DNA of 64,000 nt, taken from positions 18,106,001 through 18,170,000 of the forward strand of contig CM052818.1 in the NCBI GenBank assembly GCA_028534125.1, given 5' to 3'. The position numbers and the translations under genes were made by a program. The notes beneath the pieces were generated by a model. It saw nothing but the letters and a program-made list of their open reading frames with translations, was not told the DNA's origin and did not search any database. How positions within the stretch are numbered: position 1 is the first letter of the stretch; the number at the start of each line of letters is the position of its first letter. Of the stretch, positions 14,870 to 27,196 are shown one piece after another. The DNA comes from Lama glama. Lineage: Eukaryota.

Positions 14870-15088
14870 CTAGTTCTCAACCAGTAGCAATGTGCTCCGC
14901 CCACTACAAGGAACATTTGAATGTGGAGATATAGTCTTTATTATCGTGACTCACTTGGCGGAGCTGCTGGCATTTGGTGGGAAGAAGCCAGGGATGCTAC
15001 TAAGAATCCCACAGTGCACAAGATGGTTTCCCAAAACACAGAGTTATTAGCACCGAAAGGTCCACACTGCCAAGGTGGAAAAGCACTG
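14870..15088 (+). mobile_element. MER20 hAT-Charlie DNA transposon
   Basis: tagttctcaacc...gctgctggcatttggtgggaagaagccagggatgctactaagaatcccacagtgcacaag...aaagcactg. Confidence 0.8.
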
Positions 15089-16319
15089 GATTTGAGGACG
15101 AGGAGGATGAGCATAAGCACCTGAGGTTCTCCACTCTTGGAAGAATCGGGGAACTCAGCAGGGAGGCAAGCAGGGGCATGAACGTAGGAGCTGGGAATCC
15201 AGCACTAAGAGCACAGAACAAGGATCAGGTCTCAGAGACAAACAGCAGAGTCCATTCAGGAGACCTACAGTGTCCCAGAGCCCCAAGCCCTGGCCACACC
15301 CAGCCCCTCAGAGTTAGACTGGAGCTACTAAGGAAGAGCTGACCGTGTCGGTCCAGTGCTTTTAACTGTAGGCAGAAAAGATGTGCAGAGACCTGGAGCC
15401 ATGCAAGGGCTGACAAACCTGACAAATGAGATCAATTACATGATTTTTCCGTGCATGAGTGTGAACCTCAACACCCACTTAGGTCAGGGCTCAGAGAACC
15501 GTCTCTTTAACCAAATAACACAAATTGAATTTATGAAAAAGAGAATTGGCTGTGTGGGTTAAACCAGAGTTTTCTGGAGATGCTTTATTGGTTTCAGTAG
15601 ACCCTTATTATACATTTTAGAACACATTTCAAGTCAAAGAGACAGCGAGGGTTTTGTTGAAGACTGAATTTCTGCAGCAAAATTTGAAATCTGTGATGTG
15701 CGCATATTAAACCATAGAGGCCTTCACTTCAGAGGATGAAATGATTAAATTCTGCCTCTGTTCCTGGGATCCTGCACGAGTGAGGATGTGCGTACTGTCA
15801 ACAGTTTATTTTTAGCCTGGGCTTGAGACAGAATATTATCTCTCAGTGTACTCAACAACGGATGGCTCCCCATCTCCTTAGGTATTTGCCTATATCATAT
15901 TGGTCCACGGCTGATTATAAACATTGGGAAAGAGAGTCATGGCATAGTTACTTGGGCCCAGGCGACCTCTGTCACTGAATCCTTTTGGACATGCCTCTAC
16001 CCACGTTTGCTCACATACCCTGCACACAAAAGCAAGCAGGGAAACACACTCATAGTCAGGGTGATCCATTCCCCTCTCAGGCGAATCTGCTTTCAGAACC
16101 AAGAAGAAAGCAGAGATTGGAGAAACAAAGAATGAGAGCTATAGGACTGGAGTAGCTCTGGGACTGGGTTCAGGATTGGGCTTGGGACTGGGTTCCATTC
16201 TCACTCTCAGAGCTGAGTAATCGTGAGCGGGGACAGAACCCACTCCTGCCTTCGCTCTGCTACTGTGAAGCAGAAGCCGGAAGATTGCCAAGTTCTTGGG
16301 CTTATGTGAAATTAACAAA

Positions 16320-16535
16320 GAGTAGCATTTGTGCAGAGCATAGACTCTGGAGCCTAGCAGCTGGGCTCAAATCCTGGCTTTTCCACTTATTCATTATGTA
16401 ACCTTTCACCAGTCACTTATCTAGCATCCCTGTGAAATGGGGGAAACCATAGACCCTACCAACTAGGGTAGTGTGAGGACTAACTGGGTGATGACAGGTA
16501 AGGCACAGAGAGCTCTCTGGTCCCAGGTTACAGTG
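16320..16535 (+). mobile_element. MIR SINE
   Basis: agagcatagactctggagcc...ctgggctcaaatcctggcttttccactta...gtgaaatgggg...gtgaggactaa. Confidence 0.8.
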
Positions 16536-18289
16536 TCATTTAACTCCCTGTGGAAAACTCAGATGTGGTGCATTTGGACTAGATTCAGAGAAGAGTGCGG
16601 ATCACTGACCACAGTGGTAATAGCAAAGAAAATCTGGATTTATTTCTTTACTGCTTCATCTATGGTTTATTTATTATTGCATATATAGTTTTATTAACTA
16701 ATTGCTCATTTCCAGAGTTTCCCCTCACACACAGTCTGTGGGACTGCCCCTGCCCCCAGGCCAGTCGTACATGGAAGCCACATGAACCTTAGAAGCTGGA
16801 CCTAGGTACTCGTTTGATTGTGTAACTGGTACTCTAACCATGGAACTTTGCTTATTTCAGGGTAAGCAGGGATCCGCAGTGAAAGCTGAGCTTTAATTTC
16901 TTCCCATCTAGGTGGGATGAGACTCTGCAGTGGATTTAATCTGACTGACAGGGAATAAAGAACTACAACAGCTCTTGGGCACCTCCAAAGTTATGTGGTT
17001 TCATTTCTACCACAGAAGCATGGCTCAGTGATGTTCTCCTCCATCAAACTCTCTTCTATCTCAGTCCCTACTAAGTTTATCCAGGTTCCTGGAGGGAAAA
17101 AATAATCTATAATGAGTAAGTAAAGCATGGTAGCATTAACGGTGCTGTAGGAGACTCAAGGTGGAAGACTGAAGAGAGATGGGGAGCCCTGACTCCCAGT
17201 CCCATGAGAGTCATTCCTTAGGAGAGAGGATGACCAGCTACAGGCAAAGTGGATGACATCACAAGAAAATCGCAGGAACAGAACCAAACCCAGGTGGAGT
17301 GACACCAGGGCCACTGGATAAACCCTGGAGAATGTGAGGAAGATCTTCCCCAGGTGAGTGAGAGTCAGGTACGTTGGTGTGATGATGCTGACAGTTTTAG
17401 ATTCAAGAACCAATGTAGCATCTCCTTGACTCTCTGACTGGTTTGATTTGGGGACAGTGAGTTACAGGTACCATCATTTTTGGGGTGACAACTTTTGTCC
17501 AGACCAAAAGCAGAATGGGGGAGATGATTAGCTAGACCAACCTTGTAAGTTTAAAGAATGGAAAAAGAAGGTCCTTCAAGCTCTCAAGTTTGGAGAAAAT
17601 CAAACTTTCCTTTGTCTCCATGTCTGGTCTGATTTGACAATGGGGGTAGTGAGAAGAGTACCCTGTCAGGACAAGGTGATTTATTTACATGTAGGCACTG
17701 AGTTGAAATATTCTACAGTCAACAGGGACAGACTTAGGAAAAAAAATCCCAAATAGTACTAAATAAGTAAAGACTTATTTACCACCCCACTTCTGCAATT
17801 GTAATGTTTCCTCTCTATTGACATCCGCCCATGTTTAGCTGTGCACTTCTCATCTCACCAAAATCACCACTGATCTCACTGTGTGCATTACTGAGGAGGA
17901 CACTTCTGGAGTCATGGGGTTACAGAGCATCCGAATGGGTAGGGACTTTGAGGTCACCAGCACCAAAGTCCTCATTTCTTAGGTGAATAGACTAAGGCCA
18001 AAATATGTTACAGAGAGGGGCTCCAAATGACACAGCAACAGAGGTGGAATGAGAAACCAGACATTTTCTATGATAAAAAGAATCTAGATTAAGCCACCAA
18101 AGAGATTTGGATGAGACGGCTACTGCTGTTAGGTAATAACCGTACAGACTTGGGAAGCACTTAATATTTTCCACACTTCACTTCCTCATCTGTAAAATGA
18201 GGATAATAAGCCTCACACCGCATGGTTATGAGGATTTAATGAAATTAAATATTAGAGAATATCAAGAGGTGAAACTTTGCAACTGGAAT

Positions 18290-19195
18290 GTTCTGGCAGG
18301 TCTGAGGGACAGAACAGAGGCACTATAGCTGGGAGAGGGTGGGCAGTGGTGACAGGAGATGAGATTAGCATGGAGATCATGTTATTGATGGCCTTTGAGT
18401 CATGATAAAGACTTTGTGGACTGACTGCTGTGGAAATAACAGAACATAGGAGAGGCAGAGAACAGGACAGAGGTTGTTACAACAATTCTGGCAAGAAATG
18501 ACTGTGGCTGGGACCAGAGCGTAGCGGTGGAGATGCTGAGAAATGGTTGGATTCCACAAATATTGTGAAGTTAGAACTCAGAGGATTTGCTGCTGGAATA
18601 GAAGTGAGGTCTGAGAGAAGAGTTAAGGGCGACTCCAAAATTTTTGGTTTGTTCAACTGAAAGAAGAGCAAATTAGGTAGAGGGAATGATGAATTCAGTT
18701 TTGGGGAGAGCAATTTTTGAGTACAAGTCATTGAAATGTTGAATAAACAGTTGGGTATATGGGTTTGGAGTTCATGAGAGAGGAGCTGGCTGGAGTTGTC
18801 AAATGTGGTAATCATTAAGATATGGAAGGTATTTAAAACCTTGTCCCCCAAGGAAATAATCCAGAAAATGAGTATGGAGAGGATGAAAAAGATGTCAAAA
18901 GACTAAGCCATGGGACCCATGCACAGGTCAGAGAAATGAGAACCACATGAGGTCAGGGGGATTAAGGAGGAGCAACCAATGAAGTAGGAAGAGGAGGCTG
19001 TCCCAAAGAAAGTATTTTAAGAAGGAAGGACAATCCAACTACATCAAATGGTACCGACTGGCCCAGTGAGATGAGGCCTGACAACCAACCATTTGTCTCA
19101 GCAACACAAAGTTCATTGGGCATCTTGGTAAGAGAAATTTGGGTAAGGCAGTGGGGATGGACGGAGGCTTAACTGGAGTGGGTTCATTAGAGAAA
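18290..19195 (-). mobile_element. L2 LINE fragment
   Basis: Purine-rich antisense L2 hallmarks: gaggatttgctgctggaatag, gactccaaaatttttgg, gaattcagttttgg, gtcattgggcatcttggtaagag. Confidence 0.8.
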
Positions 19196-20011
19196 TTGTG
19201 TGGAAAATTGAATTCTTTGTCTAGATATTAACATACAATACAAAACTTCAAAAATTAGGACAGGTTTTATTGGCACATGAATAGAGAGACTGGCCAACAT
19301 AACAGAATAGAATTTTCAGAAATAGATCCAAAAATTTACGAGAATTCACTATACGATAAAGGTAACCTTTCAGGAAGAAATGGTGTTGAAATAAACTACA
19401 TACCATCTGGAAAAATATAAAGTTGGGTCCAACTTTATCCTTTCAAGATTTCCAATGAAATGCTTTGATGAAGGGAAAAAATAAAAAAGTTCTGAAAATG
19501 TAAGTGAAAACCTTTACAAATTGGGAGTGGAGAAAACTTTCTTAACCATGACTCCAATTCCAGAAGCCACACAAAAGATTAATAAATTACTCTAAGCAAA
19601 AAATTTAGCAAATTAGTATTTCACAAGACAAATAATAAACTGGAAATGATATTTGTAATACACATCACAAAGCACAAATCCTTTAATATAATTATGAATT
19701 GTAACAAAAATGACATTAACAAATAGAGAAAACAGCAAAAGATATAAGCAGAGAATTCACAGGAAAAGTGATATTAATAGCCCTTCAACATATGACAAGA
19801 TACTCCCTCATGAAAAGGAAAATCTAAATTAAAACTACACTGAAGAATCATTTATCAGCTATCAGAAGGGCAGCAACCCAGAAATTCCACAATATCGTTT
19901 TGTGCTGAGGCTAAAGAATAACAAGCATTGCCATGCTTTGCTGGTGACAAGGCACATGGTAAATGTCCATGGAGGGTAACCCAATAATACTGATCAAAAT
20001 TACGGATGCAC

Positions 20012-20455
20012 TGCATTCGTTCCCTAGGACTTCTGTTAGCAAAGGGACACACACTGAGTAGCTTAAAACAACAGAAAATGGTTTGCACAGTTCTGGAGAC
20101 TAGTCTGAAATCAAGTCATTGGCAGGGCCAGGGAAGGTGCTAGGGAAGAATCCTTCCTTGCCCCTTGGTAGCTCCTAGCAGCAGCTGGGAATCCTTGGCG
20201 TTCCTGGCTTTATAGATGCATCACATCAGTCTCTGCCTCCATCTTCACGTGGCTTTATTCCCTGAGTATCCCTGTCCAAATTTCCTCTACTTATAAGGAC
20301 AGCAGCCATGGGATTAGTTTGGGCCCTCATTTTAACTTAACCTCAGTTTAACTTGTTATATTCACAGATGGTACTTCCAGATAAGGTCACATTCACAGGT
20401 TCCAAGGTTAGGACTTGAATGTATCTTTCTAGGTGACACAATTTGACCCATAACA
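20012..20455 (-). mobile_element. MLT1B-like MaLR solo LTR
   Basis: tg...gcttaaaacaacagaaa...cacagttctggag...ttataaggacagcagcc...ataaggtcacattcacagg...cccataaca; partial 5-bp TSD tgcac/tacat. Confidence 0.85.
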
Positions 20456-20730
20456 TACATTTTTCCCTTTGCTCTAGCAACTTATTTGAGGGGATTTATC
20501 TTATATGTTTATATCTCTATAAATTATTTGTGTGTAAATTTATTCATTGCATCATTGTTTATAAAAACTAATGATTGAAAATAACCCAGGTAACTACCAA
20601 TAAGGTGAGTTAAACAAACTGTTCTGCACAGTGGAATGTGTGTAACTGAAGACATAATTGAGGATACTCTGTGCACTAACAGGTACTGGATCAGTGGTAT
20701 CCATTGTTAGGTTAAAAAAAAGCAAGCTGA

Positions 20731-20826
20731 GGCAGGAGGGTACAGCTCAGTGGCAGAGCATGTACTCAGTATGCATAAGATCCTGGGTTGAATCCCCAGA
20801 ACCTTCATTAAAAAAATAAATAAAAA
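20731..20826 (+). mobile_element. tRNA-Ala-derived SINE (camelid vic-1-like)
   Basis: ggagggtacagctcagtggcagagcatgtactcagtatgcataagatcctgggttgaatcccc with Pol III A/B boxes, an A-rich tail and a degenerate TSD aaaaaagcaagctga/aaaaatgcaagatga. Confidence 0.85.
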
Positions 20827-21769
20827 GTGGGAAAAATGCAAGATGAAAACAGTTTGCATTTTATGACATCTTTTGGGTAATAAAGGAATAAAATAAGAAT
20901 ATATGTTTATTTTGGCTCATATTTGCATAGTCATTGGAAAGATACATAAGAGATTTAGTAAAACAGGTGACCTGTTGGAAGGGTCACAGGAACAAGGAGG
21001 ACAGGATAGAGACGGAAGCAAGACTTCTCATTACAAACTTTAAATTGTTTTGATTTTAGGCCATGTACATATATTACTTCTTCAAAATATGTTGTTAAGA
21101 TTTCCAGGAAAACAATTAGAGAATGAGAAGAGAGGCTGGGGAAGTATGAATGCAGACATTCTTTCGGCAAGTGTGATGCCCATGCATTTTCTGCTACCAG
21201 AAAGTGTTCACGGAAGGTTTTCCAAGAAGGTTTTTCTGCTTTTTTTGAGAAGCAAGATTCATGGTTTGTCTTCAAATGATCCCTAAAGGGTTTCTGGGAA
21301 AAGTAGAGGGGCTACCATTCAGTTGGCCAGACCCTCAGGAATGCAACAGGGTTCTACAACACAACAGCCATCTTGATGACAGGGGTTGACGTTGACTGTA
21401 AATTACCTCCTGATTTAAGAGATGTTAAAATGTGAAAAACTGTGAATGTCAGAATAGGTTTAATATAGCAGCACAATTTCCAGGCTGTACTATGATCCCA
21501 TTCAAAGCGGAACTGGCCAGTATGATTATGTGTTTCTCCCCACCTGTATTTGGCTGGCGAAGAGGAAGTGGATAGTTGGACATGCCCAGCACTGGAGCTT
21601 GGCCAGAGGATAATGGCTGAAAGGAGAGGGGACAAGGGAGCCGCAGGATGTGCACATAAGAGATTATCATGGTGATGGACTCTAAGCTGGGTCAGGAGGG
21701 AAGTGAGGGCATGAGACATGGTGACAGATTTCTCTTGGCATGTGGCATATTTGCATTTCTTGCATGTAA

Positions 21770-22970
21770 TTATTTATTCATTTTCCATATATTTATTGAG
21801 TGCCTCCATATGTGCCATGCACCATTTTAAGCACTGACGATATGATGCTGAGCAAGACAGCAAAGTTTCCTCATGTTATTAAGTTACATTCTGATAAGGG
21901 AAAAACAGATCACAGACAACAAAGAAATACAAACAAATAAAAAAACAGGAACAAATCAAACCATGCTCACAGCTACACAGAGAATTAAAACTGGGTGATG
22001 TGGTGATTGGAGAGCTAATACATTTAGGGTAGTCAAGCTTCAGTGATGAGGTGATATTTAAGCTGAAATCTGAATGGTATGACTGTCCCAGTCCTGGAAA
22101 TTTCAGAGAGAATAAAATGTCTCAGGCATGAGGAGGCCATATACAAAGGTCCTAATGTGGCGGCCCATTTAATTTGTGAGAAATACAGAAAGGAGGCCAG
22201 TGTAACCGGAGCATCGTAGAAGAAGTGTAAAGTGAGGAAATGAGATGGGAGAGAGAAACGGGAGGCAGATCATGTGGAGGTTCGTAAACCAGGCTAAACC
22301 GTTTGGATTTTATTCTAAGCATATGTGCCATGATACGATCTGATCTGTGTTCATAAATGCTCAATCTATAAGCTGTAGAATGAATTAGAGATCTTCCTTG
22401 ACTTTAGATGGGGTAATGTCTGTACAAATTCATTGTAAGTTGAAAATATTATACGTAGAAAATGCATTAATATACAACCTACTGAAGATTGTAGCTCAGC
22501 CTTGCCTACCTTAAATGTGCTCAGAACACTTCCAATAGCCTACAGTTGGGCAAAATCATCTAACACAAAGCCTATGTTATTATAAAGTGTTGATATCTCA
22601 TAAACTCTATTGAATACTGTACTAAAAGTGAAAAACAGAATGACTGTCGGGGTACCGAATGGTTCTAAGTGTACTGGTTGCACATGACCACGTGGCTAAT
22701 TGGGAGCCGTGGTTTGCTGCCACAGCCCAGCATCATGAGAGAGCATCCTACCATATATCGTTAGCCTGGGAAAAGATCAAATTTCAAAATTAGAAGTGTG
22801 GCTTCTACTGAATGTGTATGACTTTTGCACCAGTGTAAGGGTGAACTAGAGTAAGTCAGGGACACTCTGTGTAAAACAGGTAACTATGGAATCACGGAGA
22901 TGAGTCAGGAGGTTACTGCAGTAATATAGGTGAGAAATCATGGTATTTGTTTGGTTATTGAGATTGAGAG
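21770..22970 (-). mobile_element. L2 LINE 3' portion, split by a Tigger element
   Basis: Antisense L2 3' end (atttattgagtgcctccatatgtgcc), tttggattttattctaag; resumes after 22870 (gagtcaggaggttactgcagtaat). Confidence 0.8.
22388..22870 (+). mobile_element. MER47/Tigger5-family TcMar DNA transposon
   Basis: gcctaccttaaatgtgctcagaacact...cctacagttgggcaaaatcatctaacacaaagccta...tactgtactaaaagtgaaaaacagaatg...gggaaaagatcaaatttcaaaatt matches the remembered MER47/Tigger5 consensus. Confidence 0.85.
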
Positions 22971-23244
22971 AAACAGACAGACAAAATAAGCATTCAAGAT
23001 CTTGCGCTTTTTATAGTGGTCAATGCTTTATCCCTAAAAAGGTTCGCATGTGGTAGATCAGAAGAAAATCATTTGGGAAGAAGAGCAAATACTTGACTCC
23101 CATATTTGAATGTTGTCTCTTATTATATTCACCCCTGTAGCTATGGACCCTAGAGGCAACCTTGGATGTATTCATTTATAACAAATGGTTCTATTCTACC
23201 AAAAGCTTACTTGAACTGCCAATAGGGAATTCACTCACTTGTGT

Positions 23245-23332
23245 GGAAGGAAGGAAGAGGAGTGGGGAGGAAGTGGGGAAAGGGAAGGGGGAGATGAAGA
23301 GAAAAGAGGGAAGAAAAGAAGGAAGGAAAGGA
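23245..23332. repeat. Purine-rich (GA) low-complexity tract containing a G-quadruplex motif
   Basis: Almost exclusively A/G; GGGG-N7-GGGG-N3-GGG-N2-GGGGG at 23264-23291. Confidence 0.8.
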
Positions 23333-25659
23333 CACTGAAAAGACGGCAAGATGCCCAGGACTGGAGCTTTTTACGGGAAAGTGAATACAACACGTAGCTC
23401 CGTTTTCATTTGGTGACTAGAGTATATATTCTTAACATTCGACATGTCCTCCTCAAAGGCACATTTGATAAAGGTAGCATTTCTACCTCTGGAAACTGAT
23501 TAAGCACACACTTGTCCTAATTTTCTCAGCCTGCGTGTGGTGGTGAGCAAACGTGTCCCGTCTGTCCTCTGCAAACAATGCAGGTATCAATGCTCATGAA
23601 AACCACTGCACTGCCTTTAAGATCATGGGATTTCTTCATCCACATTAACCTTTAAGATGAAGGATGACTCCTGCCTTTGCATAAGGTGGGGGGAAGAGAA
23701 AGAAAAGATCCCAAAGATATGAGGGGCCCCAGCAAGCCGCCAATGACATAAATAGTGACTGCATCTGCTCTGGAATGACAGTGCAGTAGAACCTTTATGG
23801 TAATGAATTAAAAAAAAAAGCAGCAGCTTAAATTGAAAACCACAAATACATTCTAAGGAACAAAGACATAGATCAGCTCAGTAGATCCCAGTGGAAGTAA
23901 TGGTAATAGTTTGGGTCGGAGAATATGGATATAAACACATCCCAGCAGGACAGCCAACTTAGGAACACGGATCCCAATATCCAGCTGCATCATTTCAAAG
24001 AGCGGTCTGGGAGGAAATAGAGAGATATTTGAACCTGGGGACTAATCTTTACATAATATAAATATGCCGTGGACAACCACACCTGTGCAATTGGCAATTG
24101 CTGTTCACAGCTCCATTTTTAGTAATTAGAATTCATTCTAACCTCAGCAAGATGTAGTTGGTATCCAGCAATTTCATTTTCCATGCCTGTAGCATAGCTT
24201 TGAAAAAAATTCTTGCAATTTTGGCCTCAGTTACTCAGGAGTTACAGCAGGAGTGATATGCACACCTTTATAAAAAGTATTAAACTGAAGAAAGGATGTC
24301 CTCAAACTTAGATGTTTCTCATTTACACATAGGATTTTAGAGAAGTTCCTAAGAATGGATCATGGCAGGTTACCACTGACATTATCTAGAGAGGATATAT
24401 TTTGATGACATAAATTGGGACTACAAATTAATCATTAAACAAAATTATAATGCTGATAAATTAATTAAATCTCTATGCATGAAATTTGTTTCAAAAACTT
24501 CATGCCTGTCAGAGTAGCCCCTGAAACAGTGAGCAGAGTTTTGATGTATCTAGTGCCGGATCATGTGACTCTCTGTAAAATATAGCGTTCATTTTAGAGT
24601 TGCTGATGCCAAGTAGAAAAACAGGAGCCGAGAAATGTTATTGGAACATGCTGTGATGAGATTAAAGCAGGCAAGACTGAGGGGTATTCTGGAACCAAAT
24701 TAAAATGGCACTAGTGGAGGCAGGTCTGTGCTGGAAAAGTTAAAGCAGAGCATTCTTCCTCTTTAGTGCAAGAAGCAGCGGGGGAAAAGCAGGAGAAAAC
24801 GCTGTGCCAGCATCTCGCCAATGAGAATGAATTTTTAGTACCAAGATCTCCAGAAAACATAAATGCCATCTTCCACTAATTCACTGCCCACCTGCCTCGA
24901 CATCATCTTTAGTGATCAAGGTGCCAGATCAACCTGTGAATAAGGAAGAGCCCTGGGAAAAGGATTCTAGTCTCTTTAATTCAAATCTGGCATGTTTGGG
25001 CTACAACTTAGTAAATCCATTTGTCCAGGCAAAGAATACAGTACGGCAAGAACAAATTCCAAAGCACTGACCATTATGTAATTTTTTCCTCAATTCTCCA
25101 GAAGGTCCAGCACAGTGCAGGACGCATGGTACACAGCTAGCCCTCCACTCCATCATTTGAGAGGACAAATACCTTATCCTTTATATACTATCACCATTCT
25201 GTACTAAGGATAGGGCTTGCCGTGTTGATTGTTTAGACTTTTTAAAGTAATAAAACAGTGATAATGCACATTAAATTTATGTGTCACTTTATAGTTGCTG
25301 CATTGTTAATAGTGCAAAAAGTTGAAGAAGTATCTTTTAAAAACTATTCAGAAACTGTTATCTGGTTCCACAGTGAAGTTTCTCATGTCCTTGACGAAAG
25401 AATAAATTTCTGACATCATCTCTGCTGTTTCATTTTCACCTTTCTCTTTAATGCAAAGAAAATTCCAACCAATATTCATGTTGGAATTGTCTTTGTTCAG
25501 CAACTGCAACCATAGATAAAGTAATTTTAAAACGTCAACAAAAATATTGCATGAGAATCAACTGGCTTTACGGAATCTGTGATGCAGAGTATTATTTATG
25601 TTCCTATTATTTGTAAATTGTGTGCTACACATCCCCTATATCAGTAAATTCATAGTAAG

Positions 25660-25802
25660 AAGGGACAGGGGATGGGAACAGGGATAAATTGGAAGGTCAG
25701 GATTAGCAGATACAAACTACTATGTATTAAATAAACAACAAGATCCTACAGTATACCACAAGGAACTATATTCAATACCTTGCAATAGCCTATAATGAAA
25801 AG

Positions 25803-25854
<52 letters not shown>

Positions 25855-25935
25855 GAAATGTATAACTGAATCACTATGCTGTACACCAGAAATTAACACA
25901 ACATTGTAAATCAACTACATGTCAAATAAATAAAC

Positions 25936-25982
<47 letters not shown>
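25660..25982 (+). mobile_element. Young 5'-truncated L1 3' end with 15-bp TSD
   Basis: gggataaattggaaggtcaggattagcagatacaaactac...ctgtacaccagaaattaacacaacattgtaaatcaactac; TSD taaattcatagtaag at 25645-25659 and 25983-25997. Confidence 0.92.
25805..25846. repeat. (AT)21 microsatellite
   Basis: Read directly; lies inside the L1 3' UTR. Confidence 0.95.

Positions 25983-25984
<2 letters not shown>
25937..25984. repeat. (GATA)12 microsatellite
   Basis: Read directly; occupies the position of the L1 poly(A) tail. Confidence 0.95.
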
Positions 25985-25985
<1 letters not shown>

Positions 25986-27196
25986 ATTCATAGTAAGCAT
26001 GCATGTGTATGTGTATGTGTTAGGAGAGCCAGTTTTTAGACACTTACTACAAACCCACTGAGGATGGATACAGTAGACAGGACCAAAAGTAAGTCCCCAA
26101 AGACACAGAAAATGAATCTTGAAATGAGCAAATTTCCATATTTAAAATGTAGAAGAACAGATGGCGATCGGGCTCAGAATTAACAGATGCTGGTCAGAGC
26201 AGGTAGAATTGACCAATGTTCTATATTTTGAGAACATCTGTAATTTTTGCTTATACTTTTCTCTCTTCATGGAAACTAGTAGCTAAATAACTAATATTTA
26301 TTAGGTAATCACTGTGTATAAGATGCTATATTAAACACACTGCAAGGCACATCCATTTGTGACCACAGTAACCCAAGGAAGTTACCATGGACATCCCCAC
26401 TTTTTCAGATGGGCAATAAAGCATCAGTATGTCATGAGGCAACTTGCTCAAGGACACAAGCTGCTGAGTCACTCTCCACTGCCTAATCTCTTAAACTCTG
26501 GGCTGGTTGTTCTAGGAAAGAAGTGCTTATCATTTCCACCAGGGGGTCAGGGAAGTCTCCTTCATTTGAGTCAAATCATTCAGAACTTTACTCTACCTTT
26601 CCAGCCCTTATCCACCACAATTGAATCTTCAACAAGCTTTTTTTCTGTCTACATCACCTAACCTTTCATATGTATGTCTCATTTTCTATCTGTTTGCCTT
26701 TTCTCAAGTATCCTTCTTCTAAATAATTTGTCCTCACAAATCCCAATTGCAATATCTACCGATTCTTCAGGGTTCAACTTAAATACAGTCCCCTCTGTGG
26801 ATTCCTTGATTTTCCTGACAAAAAAACCCCCAAAATCCTCTACTCTACTCACTCAAACCACTTTATCTTTCTTATAGCACTTAATCACTTTCCACGTTGA
26901 ATTAGGCAGCCTCTCCCAGGATAGAATCTGGAAGAACTCTACTCACTTGGTCCTACCTTCACATTATCTAGTAGCATATCAAAGACTTTGAGAAGTCCTG
27001 CAGTGCAGAAACATACTCTATTTTTGCCAATGTTATCCCCATTTATTTTACCCTGGAATCCATTTTTGCCAAATATCTGTTAACATCACATGGCTCTGGT
27101 GTTCAAAGGGACCACAATTTATGTAACAGTGGAATATATTATCCCTCCTTGACCATGGATGCAGGGACACAAGACCAGATTTTATCTTTGTATCGC

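Larger units (their letters stand above)
19240..21090 (+). mobile_element. Old L1 (L1ME-like) 3' region, interrupted by MLT1B and a SINE
   Basis: aacagaatagaattttcagaaatagatcca, tattcattgcatcattgtttataaaaactaatgattgaaaataaccc and an L1ME-like 3' UTR. Confidence 0.75.

Noticed and set aside
25720..25914. ORF with a YIYIYI repeat
   Set aside because: It is a translation of the (AT)n microsatellite inside an L1 3' UTR.
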